A stretch of DNA of 64,000 nucleotides. Source: Vitrella brassicaformis CCMP3155. Taxonomy: Eukaryota > Protista > Chromerida. The stretch covers positions 62,001 through 126,000 of the forward strand of contig CDMY01000553.1 in the NCBI GenBank assembly GCA_001179505.1. Reading direction: 5' to 3'. Position numbers and translations under genes: made by a program. Numbering within the stretch: the stretch's first letter is position 1; each line of letters opens with the position of its first letter. The notes beneath the pieces were generated by a model, which made no database searches, was not told the origin of the DNA, and saw only the letters and a list, made by a program, of their open reading frames with translations. This document shows positions 34,772 to 49,629 of the stretch, piece by piece.

Positions 34772-37700
34772 CGATGTGGCAGAAGAACGCAGCGTCTCGG
34801 TGCTCACAAGGGGAGGATGTTCTCATTGTTATCGTCATCGTCTTCGGGTGCGTTGATCTGCAGCACCTGGGGGAGTCGGGAGAGGGGCGTGAGCTCTTGG
34901 TGGGAGAAGTAGGGATCGCCCTGGGCTTCGCTGAGACGCAGCAGGGGATGGGGGCTGCACACACACATGCACACATAGCCAGACAGACAGAGAGAGAGGG
35001 AGGGAGAACAAGACACATGAGAACCCCAGCAGCAGTTCTACGTGCCAATACGTGTACAGGTATGTGTATGTATGTATGTGTATACGGATGGATGCATACG
35101 ACACCGCTCAGGTACGTACGAATCAAATCGTTTGACCAGTCAAAACAAACAAATGCATTGCGGTCCCCGCCCACCACACTCTACCTACCTACACACACAT
35201 TGCCCCTACTACTGCGCCCTAGCCACCCCACCCTGACTAGCCACGGCTAGTGCCCCCTGCTCCTGCGCTTCTCTTCGAAGAACACATACGTGACATACGC
35301 ATGCAGGAAGAATATCGTCAACACATGCACTATCAGCACCACAGTCGCCATCGTCCGCGACAGATTGACGGGCGGCAAGGCGTCCTCCTGACGCGGCAGC
35401 CGGCGGGGGATGGGCGTCATGCGCATCAGATGACCGAACAGGGGCCGATGGTGCACGTGGTACAGCTGCAGCTGGGGGCTTGGGGTGGTGGCGGGGGTGG
35501 CGGTGGGGGAAGGGCTGACGGATCGCGCCGCAGCATCGCCCCTCTCCCAGTGCCTTCTGGGCCCGATGGTGGGGTGCAGTAGGCCGGGCAGCGATATACG
35601 CATGTTCCATATCTGGCCGCTACCCAATGGAAAAAGGCAAGGAAGAGTAAGTGGAGCCACGCCATGGTAAATGGCCGGCCGTTGTGTGCACACATACACA
35701 TACATACATACATACATATGAATATGCATACGCACATACACGCGCCCTCGCTGCCTGCCTGCCTCTCTCTCTGTGTGTGTGTGTGTTGTGTGTGTGTTGT
35801 GTGTGTGTGCCCACCTGTTGCTGGTATTGCGGTAGGCGAGCAGGGGTGGGTCTGGTGTGAGGTGTGCGGGGTCCACGAGCCGCTGCCACCGATCCACACT
35901 GACGACCATCCGATCTGCCAACGGATGGAAGGGGTAGTGCACCTCACCGCTACGCAACACTGACCACACACACAGACAGTGACAAAAAGGGTCACTTGCG
36001 CCACAGAGCACAAGTAGGTGTATGCGAGTGTGCGTCTTCGCACTCACCGTCGGCGTTGAAGTGTCTCAGAACTCGTTCCTGGCCGGCAGCGAATGGCCGC
36101 CATACCCGCAGGTGCAGCCGCGGGTTAAAGTGAGGCACCAACGAACCTGCAGACACCAACACAATCCAATCAACACGACACAGTCAGTCAGCCCCCGCCG
36201 GGAGCTTTGCGTACGCGTCTCTGTGTATGAGGTCTCTCTCCGCTCGGTCGTCTGCCCGGGAGTGCTGATATCCCGCATAACGCCCTCGCCCTCCCCCTCT
36301 CCCCCCTCTACCGCACCAGCAGCGGCTGCCGATGCCGATGATGCTTCTGCCGCCGACGCACTAGCAGATGCGGCCGCCTGGCTGTCCGGCTTGGCCTCTT
36401 TGTTGTCGGTGATGCAGCCGAACACCGAGTTGTTAATACGATGGCGCCTTCTCTGGCTGGGGCCGCCGCGCACAGTGTCAATCAGCTGGAAACAGGGCCT
36501 GCTCTCCGCCGCTCGCTGCCTCGCCCACGTGGTGGCTTCCAGCTCGGCGAAGTATGCCTGGTGCCGGTCCTCCGGTCGCTCTGCCTCCTCATCGTCGCTG
36601 TCTGACCAGCCCGACGGCGATGCCTGGTCCTTCTCGGCGCCGCCTCCACCGCCAGCAGCGGCTGCTGCTGCTGCTGGTGCTGCTGTTGGTGCGGCAGCCG
36701 GCTTCGGCGCTTCCTCAGCTAGCCGATCGTTGTGGTCACTCGCGGCTGCTGGCTGCGCCTTGGTGCTGTCTGGTGGCTGCTGCGCAGCATCAGTACTGCG
36801 CCGGTCCCTCTCTCGCCGCCACTCCGCCATCTTCTGCAGCCTGGCCCTCGCGGCCCTCTGGCGACCGGCCTGCCTGGCCCGCTCGGCACGCACCGCCAGC
36901 AACTGCGCCAGACGCACCCTGCTCTCGACGGCCGCTAGATCCGCCGATGCACCCTGGTCTTTGCGCTTGATCGATGGGCCGCCAGGGAAGAACGAAGGGG
37001 GCTGCGGGGGCGGGGGCGGGGGTGAGGGCGGGGGCCCCTTTGGACCTGGGGGCGGGCCGAGGGATGGATAGTCGAAGAGACGGCGGATGAATCGCCTGGC
37101 TGGCGGAGAAGGGGGCGATGCGGCCGGTGCGTCAGGTGTGGCGCCGAATGTGCGTGCGTCGGGGGGGATGGACATGGGGGGGAAGTAAGCATCGACGTCA
37201 AACTGCACCCATGCACACACACAGAGAGAGAAGCCAGAAGGAATATTGCATGTGATATGGCCCGCAGCCTCCCTCTCTCCATGTGTGTGTGTGTGACCTT
37301 GAACGGTTTGGCTCCGAAGTTGATCTCTATGGTACAGCTACAATCTACACCCACGCACGCCTGAAGGGCGGATGACACCACACACACACACACACACACG
37401 AAGCACAGAATGAAATGACAAACAGCACACACTGATGCCGCCTCCCTCTCCTCACCAGCAGTGGCTCATCGGTGGCGAGATCAAACGCAGGCCCCAGGTA
37501 CTCTCCATTGAGCGTGTAGAATATCTGCCGGTGGGCCACCTTCCGCAGCACGCCCCTCTCGTCCACCCCACACACAATCGGCCGCTCCGTCGCCGCCTTG
37601 AAGTCCGCCATGTCGCTGGCACGCTCCTCAGCCAGGACCTGCCAGGGCGACTTGACTGGGGGGCGGGGCTGGCCGTCTGCCTCGCCGCTGCCCTCTGCCA

Positions 37701-38930
37701 TGTCGTTGTCGTCTTCGTCTGCGCCGGCGGTGTTGTTTGGGTTGGACCGCCAGAAGAGATCGAAGGACTGTGGGATGGTGAGCTGCCTGTGGTCGTGCCG
37801 GAGGTTCCACTGCGGCTGGATGTAGGGGTCGCCCTCAAACACATACACGATGCCGCAGCCTGACAGTAATGGGATGGGATGGGGGAGATGAGAGAGGGGG
37901 AGGGGAGGGGCGTTGCATGGTGTATGGTGAATGTACGGTAAAGTGGTGTGTAGGTTTGCGTACCGACAATGTCACCGATGCCGAATTTGTGCGTCCAATC
38001 CACACCGCGGGAGCCGCTGCTGCTAGGACAGACAAGACACACACACACGGCACAGAAGTACGTCGATGGATGGATGGATGGATGCGTGTGTGTGCTCATG
38101 CCATGCCATGCATGTCCCCACTCAGCCACCCACCCAGCCGTTCACCTACCCGTGGAACAGGTGTCCGTCGTCGCCGTGCCATCCCCACGACTGGTTGTCC
38201 CACCCCGCCTGCTTGCTGTTGGGGTTGAACTGACGAGTCGCCAAACCTGCACACACCACACAGAGCGACAGGTACGTACAGAGGAAGCGACGCTGCCTCG
38301 TGTGCGTGTGTACACATACCGACTGAGACGCATTCTACGGGGAGGGGCGCGTCATCCCTTTTGACGAGATTGAGCCGCCGCCTCAGCCGCGAGTGGCCGT
38401 TCCCCCGCACACATCCCTTGTCGTTCCCGCCACCCACATGCAGACTGATCTCGTAGTAGTGCGCTACACGGTACCCCGCCACGAATCTATACCCATCCGC
38501 CCCCTCCTCCATGGCCCGCTCGAACGACGCCCGGTCGCTGTGCAGCGGGCTGTGGGACTGGGCGCGCTTTCTGCTGGTAAAGAGGGCAAAGTCGGCCATC
38601 AGCGCGTCTGCTTCCTGTGCTAGTGGCTGCTTGGTGCGGGTTGGGGGCGGTGGTGCGGGTGTGGCCGGTGGGTTCGGGGTGGTGGACTTGTGTGGGTGGG
38701 CCACGACGGATGACGTGAAGATGTTGGGCAGGAAGGCGTCGGACACACAGCAACGGTCTGCACAGAGTCACAAACATATACACGCACACGTACGTATGTC
38801 AGAACAGATCTGCCTCGTCCCCGTGTCGTGTTGGTACGACCATCGCCAAAGCCTTCAGTGAGGCTCGCAAAACGAAGCCGGCCCTCCTGGGAAACACAAA
38901 CAGACAGACAGACACACACACACACACACA

Positions 38931-38976
<46 letters not shown>

Positions 38977-39649
38977 TCTCTTACATGTGTCCCGAGCCAC
39001 ACCACACACACACACACCCACCCACCCACCTTGTCGGCCTTAAGCTCGACTTCCCGCGGGCACAGGTCGCGCTGGAAGCCGACGGGCATTGGGTCGAGGT
39101 CATGGTAGAACTGACCAATTGACCAACAAACAGACGGCAAGATAGCACTTCGTGATCGAGTGACGAGAAGACAGAGAGAGAAACACTTGTCTACAGATTC
39201 CCATACGTACATTCTCCCAGGAGCGGTCAACCGAGCCGCTCTTGTCCAGCACCAGAGGCCTGCTGGGAAGTGCCCACTCGCCCGCACACAGCTGCTTGAA
39301 ACAGTACTGATAACGCGCCGGCGGGTGGTCGGCAAACTCGTGACACGTCAGCTGATGGATGGAATGGTACATAGATGGATGATGGACGATTGGATGGACA
39401 AACAACACACCGAAAGAATGAATGCTGTGGATCTGTCTGTGTGTGGATGAGCGTCTCCACTTTCCCCTCCCTCCCTCCCTGACCACTCCTCACCTTCAGG
39501 CGCTGGAGTGACGGCGCGTCGAGAAACTCCATATAAAAGGCCTCCTCGATAGGCACCACGTGTATCCAGGCCGGTGCATCGGTGTCCATCTCTACTGCCG
39601 CCTCGGCGGCCTGCGCCGCGCTGTTGTCACCCCCTACCTGCATCGTCAT
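34287..39649 (-). CDS. SPRY (B30.2-like, RanBP9/Ssh4-type) domain protein with a long Pro/Ala-rich and acidic C-terminal half
   Basis: Spliced motifs HYYEISL, FGIGDIVG/CG, IFYTLNGEYLGPAF and IEINFGAKPFK/FDVDAY are characteristic of SPRY. Downstream exons splice in frame to the stop at 34287. Confidence 0.75.
38912..38973. repeat. Long (AC)n microsatellite in a SPRY-gene intron
   Basis: About 60 nt of near-perfect AC repeat, seen directly. It is one of many microsatellites in the window. Confidence 0.95.
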
Positions 39650-40028
39650 TGTGTCGCCTGACGTGCACCAGACGGATGGATGAATGCCGCAACGTGACGA
39701 CGGCTGTTTGTCATCCCGATACAGCCAGTCAACCAGGGCAAGCCGCCCTGACGAACGAGAAAGATCCGGAATCGACAAAAGATATCGCGACTAGGGCGCT
39801 GAGCGTGAAACATATGACTCAAGCAGCGTGCAGATGCTGTGTCCATCATCCTTGGCCTGTAACGTTCTTGCCACTGCTGCTTAGTAACGATCTGAACAAT
39901 ATCGCACAGTGGAATCACACGAGTGACCGAAGCACGTGCCGAAGCAGAAGGTACTGACTGGATTCATGACGCATTGAAGTCATCTGTGTGATGGGATCTA
40001 TGCTTTCGTCACAGGTTGCATCTTGACG

Positions 40029-41231
40029 ATGGTTCCTGAGGGACCTGAGCGCGCTCCCCTGCTCTCCGTTGCTCCCGAGAGGACGCCAAGCTTTCGCGAG
40101 AGGCTTCTGGCGAGATGGCGGGCCAGCCTGGCCTACGTCTCTATCGCCCTGATGGTGGGGTCGTGGCTATTGGGAGGCTACATGCTCAAGTGGATCCAAT
40201 CCGCCGGCTCGGAAGCGTCCTTCTCGAAGCCCTTCTTCATCGCATACGTCACCCAGGCGTCCTTCGCACTCCTCTACCCGTGCCGCTCAATCGAGTCGAC
40301 CAAAAGCGACGACAGAAGCCACCATGCATCCGCCCCTCCCCCTCTGGTCAATCGCATCAAGCAGGCGCTTGTTCTCGGCTGCATGGTGGTGGCCTACCGG
40401 TCAATGTGGGCGCTGTCACTTGCGAGCACGCCGGTATCGGTCAACAGCGCCATCTTCCAGACACAGGTGCTGTGGGTGTACCTGCTGTCGCTGCTGGTGC
40501 TGCGCGAGGCCTGCTCGTGGTTGAAGGGCCTCTGTGTGGTGGGCGGATTCGTGGGCGTGCTGCTGATGACGGTCTTTCACGACAACAGGGACGGCACTGT
40601 GCCGACAACGGTGCTGGGGTGTGTTGAGGTGCTGGCGTCGGCATGCGTCTACTCATCGTATGCAGGTGGGTGTGTGTGAATCTTGTCTGCGCACAAAGCA
40701 ATCAAGGAGTGAATGGTGTTTTGGGTTTGTGGTTGGTTGGTTGGTGCAGTGCTGATGAAGAAATGGGTGGTGCGAGGGTCGACACTAGAGCTGGTGGCCT
40801 TCCAGGGCTTCTTCATGATGCTCGTCTGCTGGCCCGTGTTCATAGTGCTGCACCTCACCAACATCGAGCCATTCCAACTCCCCACCGGCCTCAACCTGCT
40901 GGTCGTGCTGGCGCTCACCATTGAGGCAATTCTGTACTACGTCTTCTTCGCGCTAGCCTTGCGGTTCGGCAACGCGGTGCTTGTGGCCCTGTCGCAGATG
41001 GTCATCCTGCCGCTGACGGCCTTCCTTGACTACCTCATCTACGGCTATCTGATGGACGCGGCCTCCATGTGTGGAGCGGTGTGCATACTGGCAGCCTTCT
41101 CTATCATGACATGGGCCGACCTCCGGGAGGGCGACCGGCGGGGGGGCGGAGCTGTGCATCACGAGGGTGGGAGCGACCTTGACACGACCGTCAGCGGCTG
41201 CTCTCCGAGGGAAGATTCGTCGCCCGCATGA
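40029..41231 (+). CDS. EamA/DMT-superfamily transporter (SLC35F-like), about 10 TM helices
   Basis: Two exons (40029-~40665, ~40750-41231). Contains FSKPFFIAYV, WALSLASTPVSVNSAIFQTQVLWVYLLSLLVLRE and a second EamA half ending LTAFLDYLIYG..GAVCILAAF. Confidence 0.85.
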
Positions 41232-42094
41232 GGGTAGCTGTGGTCTGTCTGGTGACTGTTGTGAGCGAGCGACTGGTGTAGAGAGTGTCTGGCTAAGTTG
41301 TACAGGAGCGTGAGCGGCTGTGCAGTGTAATGTGTAATGCGAAAGAGGTCATGCATACGGCAGCCAGCCCTGAGAGTGCACGGATGCCTGATTTGTCATT
41401 GGTTCGTGTGCATGGTCAGCAAGGAATCGTCTCAGCTCGATGACGCTTTTGTACATAATCGTCGCTATGGTTTCCGCATCGCAGAAAGTCTCATTTTCGC
41501 GAGAACACTTCGCCCCAAATCACACACCACTCGATCGCAACAAAGCATCGGAAAAAGCTTCAGCAGTTCCCTCGCCTCTCACGTCACAAGAGCTCCATCA
41601 TGTCATCCAGCATCATGATCGAAATACACATGACAACAGATAGCAGCAGCATCGATGGATGCTCGGCTGAGGGAAAAGCAGGCACGAAAAAGACTCTCAC
41701 TGCACTCGTGGCATCCATCCTGGCAAAGCAAAAATACGAGCGGGGCACGCGCTGTACTGTACATACATAATGAATGAGCATACGGCAAAGCCAGCCACGT
41801 GTGTCGCTGCTTCCTCAGCCTCCCGAAAGGGCGACGTGGATGATGCCATCTCAATTGATCTGCCCCAACCGTAGTCTGGCGCGGATTAATTGTGATGACC
41901 TCACCTGCGGATCCCTCGAGAAGGCATGACGAAGTAGCAGACATGATCGCTCAAACAAGACACGCGGTACACAGCACAAACCAACACAACACCACCATCA
42001 CACCACACCACACCACACCATACCATACCTATCGAAAATCGTGCCATCGGTCACAGCCACCCGTGTGTTCCCTCGTCGCTCCCTCGCGGCCGTC

Positions 42095-42768
42095 TCACAG
42101 CCCGTCGTCCTTGGCGCCCTTGGTCTTCTGTGGTGGGTTGTTGCGAATGATCCATGCATTGAGAGCAGTGGCGACGCCGACCCAAGCCAGGTAAGGCAGC
42201 AGGAGGATGGCCGCCACGGGCGCTTCCGGCTTGAGGCGGAAGGCCGTGATGATAGTCCCGATCAGCGTCACGTCCAAGGCGATGATGTCGACCAGCGCCC
42301 AGTCGAGGCGGTGAAGCCCAAAAAACAAAGGCGTCCAGGCGAAGTTGAACAGCAGCTGTGTGCCTGCAAGGAACAGAAGGCAAGCGGACAGAACGTCTCT
42401 GACACACGTATTGTTTCGTCGCTCGTTCACTGACTCACCGTATAGAGCGAGTGGGAGTGTGCTCTTCGGCTCCTGGTACATCAGCCAGCTGGACACGCCC
42501 ATGCACACGTAGAGCAGCGCCCACATCGGAGGAAAGAGCCAGTCGGGTGGGTTCCATGAGGGTCGTTTGAGGGTCTTGTACCAGCCCTTCACCTCCGGCA
42601 CAGTCCACATGGAACCTGTGCACAAGGTGAAAGGCATGCTCCAACAGATCTCTGCATCTGCTCCGCTGTCTGATCTTCCCAGTACCTACCCAAGAAGCCG
42701 CCCGCGAGGGGCACTCCAATGGCCCCGGTGATCTCGAGAGCAGTCCGCCAGGTCATCGTGTTTCCCAT
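42095..42768 (-). CDS. TSPO: TspO/MBR translocator protein
   Basis: Exons 42768-42690, 42615-42439 and 42363-42095: WYKTLKRPSWNPPDWLFPPMWALLY, QLLFNFAWTPLFFG, LLLPYLAWVGVATALN. Confidence 0.95.
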
Positions 42769-43645
42769 CAACACGCAGAAAACTCGGCGCATGCGAGCTT
42801 TAGGCCGATCCCCTGTCGGGAAGATCTGCCGCTTTCCGCTTGCCTGATGCGCCTGGACAGCAGTAGATACGTCCACTGACCCCATCCTCGGTCAAAAATG
42901 AGCTTCGACCCATGCCATTTCACACACATTCTGCTCAGATGCGCCACCGGATGCAAAGATGGGACACTGGTCGAACACCCATTGCCTCATTTGGTGTGCG
43001 TGAGTCACACACAGGCAAGGAAGCGGAGGTTGACTGGACATGGATTGAGCAATGAGTACGAATATCAGTTCCCGAGATACTCCTGCTCGTACAAGTCGGG
43101 GAGGGAAGGGAAGCACACACACACGAGCATCATGCGTGTGTGGCCTGGTCAGCATCCTGGTTCCGTGTTGTTCGAGGAGAGCGATAAGCCCAGAGAGGAG
43201 ATTCGAGCGAGTGGTGGCTGGTAAGTACGTACGTGAGCAGACACGATGCACACACATGCACACACGTGTCGTTTGTGTCGTGTCAACACCAGACGTTTGT
43301 GTACACACACCAGGTGGTCCTCACGTGCGTCGCTTCTGTGTTTGCTCTCTTTCTGTCAGACCGGTGTGTTGAGGTGTACACAAATCGTAATTAAGGCATC
43401 CTGTCGTTTGTCTCGTGTGCGTATCTGTGTGCAGGCAGGCCATGGCGATGGACGACGCCGCGTGACAGGATCGAGTGAATGAAGGCAGAAGGATTGTTGA
43501 ATGACGGCCGTTTTTCCGTTAATTATGCATTCATTATACATGTATGTATAGTTGACGTGTGCACGTGTATAGTGTACACACATTGACACATAGTGTACAC
43601 GCCCTCTGGCTCACTCTGAGAGCAAGCAAACACTCAACCACACCG

Positions 43646-45445
43646 ATGTCGCACCTTGTGGTGTTTGCGACATGCCTGCTGGTGGTGTGTCACTCGCTGC
43701 CCTCGACCGTGGGAGCAGAGGCCACTGCCGACGCTCAGACCGACAATGAATCACTCCAGAAGCAGCTGACAGACATCAAGGACACGTGGCAGGCATTTCA
43801 GCGAACATACACACGTCTCCAAAACGACATGAGAGAAGTCAATGTGAGCGAGAAGCACACAAAACTGAAAACACGGAGGCGTCGATTGACACTCTCTCTC
43901 TCTACGTATGTGTGCATGGGTGTGTGTCAGGGTGTGAGGAGCAGGAGGACAGCAGCGGCTGGCCTGCCTCGCTTCGTTCAGTCTCGCAGCCGGCTGGACC
44001 CCGCTATGCTCCACCGGGGTCAGTATGTGACACAGATGATGCGGCCGCCGATGATGGGCATCATGGTCACCGAAGACGAGGACACCAACAAACTCACCGA
44101 CCAGGCCGCACTCACCGCGATGCAATCAGCTGCCGACCAGATACAAGGCACGCGTGCACACACTGTCGAACACACATGATCTATGGATGTCTCTTTGTGT
44201 AGAGATGCTGGACATGGAGGAGTCGAGTGTGGAGCGTGAGCGGCGGTTAGGCAGGGTGGAGCGCACAGTCAGGAACATGGCCGCAACAGCTGAGTGGGGC
44301 AAGCACATCGCAGCAGCCAAGAGACATGCCGCAGAGACACAAGAGGCAGCGGCGGCGGCGCCGCCACAGCCGGCAGCAGCACCCATCGAGGAGTCGTCGG
44401 CCAAGGCGCACAGCATCGAGCAGACTCACATCGAGAAAGAGACACCACCGCCGCCTGTGGGTGAGAAGAAGAGCGCTGTGCTTTCATCAGCGCTCCCCTT
44501 CAACGCGGTTTCTCGCATCGGAGACCCACTTAAGGTGTGGATTATGCATCGATGCTCTGTGTGTGTCTCTCGGTCGATGTGTGTGTGTGTGTGTGTGTGT
44601 GTCTGTGTTGCTGCTGCTTGTGTCAGGTTGGCGCTGTCTCACGATTTGCACAGCGGCTGAATGTGGTTCCTTTCCTGCGACGCGGCCTCGTGCTCAGTCA
44701 CCATGATCTGGCACACAGGCGCTACAAGCCTCTGGCTGCCAAGCTCAGGTCAGGCAGAAAAACATACGAACGCTCATCTCCCCATCTGTTGCTTCCGTGG
44801 ACAGAGTGCTGAAGCAGAGGATCGGCCTCGCAATCCAGCAGAAGAAGCGGAGCAATCGTGACTCTGAAACCGTGCTCGGCCACATAGTCGCTGATCTGTC
44901 TGCGTCTACGCCCACGAGATGAGAGGCAGACGTCAACAAGGCCTCAGTGGTGCTGGGTTCGACCATCGAGCGCAAAGGCTGCAGACGCAACTATGCCAGT
45001 TTTTGCCCGCAAGGTGACACAACCAACACCCTGACAAATGAATGTCCGTCTTGTCTGTGTGTCCATGCCATGTGTTGCATCGTGCCTGACAGGGTTTGAC
45101 GAGTTGCCTCAGCGTTACTGTCGGCCCAGCGGCAACCTCAAGCTCAAGCGGGGCTGCACAGGCACACGCACATTCATCGACATGACGATCGCCGATAAGA
45201 TGGCATTCGAAGCCGTGTGCCAAGTGAACCGGCCATGTTTTCCGTTCTGTGAGGAGTCCTTCACGGCAGCGCGGCCACTTGGTTGGCGGCCGAGAGAGGG
45301 CGGCGTCTCCGAAGGGCCTGTCGGGTCAGCTGATTGCCCAACACAGGTTGACTTTGCCGCCATGACGCTTGGCGGCCGACGGCGATTCGGCGAGAGGTGT
45401 TCGGTCTTGTTCCCGTGTGTCAACGACTGGTGAGACAGACAAACC

Positions 45446-45478
<33 letters not shown>

Positions 45479-46468
45479 GAATGGTCTGGTCATTCTCAAT
45501 GGTCGGCTGTTTGCAGCAAGTGGGACCTTACATTTCCCTGCCCGCTTTTCTTCCGTGTTTTCCTCGACGAGGACACAGGCCTCGCAGAGTGCCATCCAAC
45601 GGCCAAACTCACCACAGGTACACAAACCAAGAGCAGCAGCAGCAACGCGATCGATCCACCATTGCCCCTTGCTCCATCAGAGCTGACCGAGGATTGTATC
45701 AACGCCACCAGGACACTCCCAATACAGACACCGACGGAGAAGAGACAGGTACGCACGCATCGCCCATGAGATGCAATCGCGTGCGAATGTATGTGTGTCC
45801 TTGTCAGGTCGCCGAGAAGTGTCTCACCGCCTTCCCATGCATCCCAAACAGTGAGGGACGAAGGTGTCTCTCCCTCTCTGTGCACGCGTGTTGGGTGTGT
45901 CAGCCATTCGCGAGTCTGACGGCCGCATCCTCGCCGACTGTCTCGCATTCAACTACACTGAGCCATGTCCCGTGGGCTACACCTACAAGAGCACCGAAGG
46001 CGACGACTACTCGTGCGAGGGCCCTGACATGGAGACACACACAGTGATCCACCTGTCGCACAACAGCACTACCGACACCGACAAGGCCCTCGTGTACGCC
46101 GAGACCGGCCACCGCTTCGCGTGTGAGACAGATCCGTGTGGCGGCCTTGGCAAAGACTACAAACCAATGTGTCCACATGTGCGTCCGCATTAGATCAACA
46201 TTAGCCACCCTTGTCTGCCTTCATCTGGCTGCTGTGCATGCATCTGTGTTGGTCAGGGTTGGTCATCGAGTGTGGCGAGCGGCAGTTGCCTTTCGCCAGT
46301 CCATTACACCGGCCCATGCACCGCGCCGGCAAAACTCACAGGATTCACCACGTATGTAATGCCGAGACCGGTGAAGGCAGACGCATATTGGTCTTTGTGT
46401 CCTTGTGCGTGCGCAGGTTGATGAAGCAGGCCTACGAGCTGCGATGCGGTGTGAACTGGTGTGCGTGA
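43646..46468 (+). CDS. Secreted CPW-WPC-family protein: signal peptide, helical N-terminal region and five degenerate Cys repeats
   Basis: Signal peptide MSHLVVFATCLLVVCHSLPS. Repeats include CRRNYASFCPQGF..CQVNRPC, CKWDLTFPCPLFF..KCLTAFPC and KDYKPMCPHGW..CLSPVHYTGPC..KQAYELRCGVNW, matching C..Y...CPxxW...C..P..Y.GPC...K..FE..C...WPC. Confidence 0.78.
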
Positions 46469-47576
46469 GAGTGACAGCGACAGAGGGACAAACACAGATG
46501 ACAAGTGACAGACACACCTGAAGCGGATGAAACGCACTTGAAGCATACGTAGTCGACGCATCAGTTTGCAGTCCATCCATCCATCCATGCATCCATCCAT
46601 CCCGCAAGAGGCAGCAAGAAGCACCCGATGATGTGCGGCCAGGTATCCATCGCAAAGATGGCCGATACCACGGAATGCACGCGAACAGATAAAAACCTCT
46701 GCGACAGAGATGCACTGACTGCAGCAAAGGAACAGCGAGTATTGTGGGGCAAGACCAGTCTTGGCACACAATACCATTGACGCGGTCGACAGCCTTCGAC
46801 ACCGCGCCCAAGAACCTTCTTTGAAATGATTGTTTCGTCGCAGGCCGTCGCAGCGGTCCTTGAGTGACATTTGCAGTGATATCCACTATCTGACGTTTTT
46901 TGGCCAAGATGAGTGGATCGCGGTATTCTTGAGCTCGCAAATTCTGTGGGCGTGGGTTGTTGAGTGAGGATACCTGTTTGTTCGTGTATTTCACGTTTCG
47001 CCGCCTCCCTCCTCCCGGCGTTTTGAGCACACGCCTCCCACCTACCTCCCTGCAGTCCCGCCCGACAGCACTCAGGTATGCACGCCACCACACGCATCAA
47101 CAGACCAGACAGGCCACATAGGGGTGGATATACGCTCCACGGGGATGGCAGCGACGCATGTGGGCGGCCGTGGGCGGCATTGGCAATGCCGCGATGGCAC
47201 CACGGCACGAGGAGCCGCGATTCGGTCATCACCAGCTGCCCAACAGCCTCAGGAAGGTCAGAATGGCTATGCTGAGGCGCCTGAGATGAGCCCTGGGTCG
47301 GCATGAAGCCAATTCAGCTTCCCAGATGGTTCCCGGCATCGGCGTGACGGCATTGTTGGCTTTCCTCCGCAATGTCACGGCACTGTCGGCTCTGATGGAC
47401 GCGGCAGCTGGCATGATGTCTCCCGCCGCTCCGCAGGGAAGCCACGAGAGCGGCGACTCGGCAATGGACGGAATACGGCTCGGGGATGCAGTGCGTTCTT
47501 GAGTGCATACCCGCGTTGACCACCTTGGGCACATCTCACCGTCTGTATCTCTGTCTGTGTGTCAGACTCTGCCATC

Positions 47577-49629
<2,053 letters not shown>

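Noticed and set aside
44920-44922. In-frame TGA in the CPW-WPC gene suggesting selenocysteine or readthrough
   Set aside because: It falls inside a plausible 72-nt intron (44858-44929, gtgact..gctgat..ggcag). No SECIS was assessed, and none is needed to explain it.
46561-47304. Minus-strand ORF with a Nudix-box-like stretch (GGRWE..REAAKREIHEQTGI)
   Set aside because: Spacing does not fit GX5EX7REUXEEXGU, the rest of the ORF is unlike a Nudix fold, and it overlaps the inferred tubulin promoter and 5'UTR on the opposite strand.
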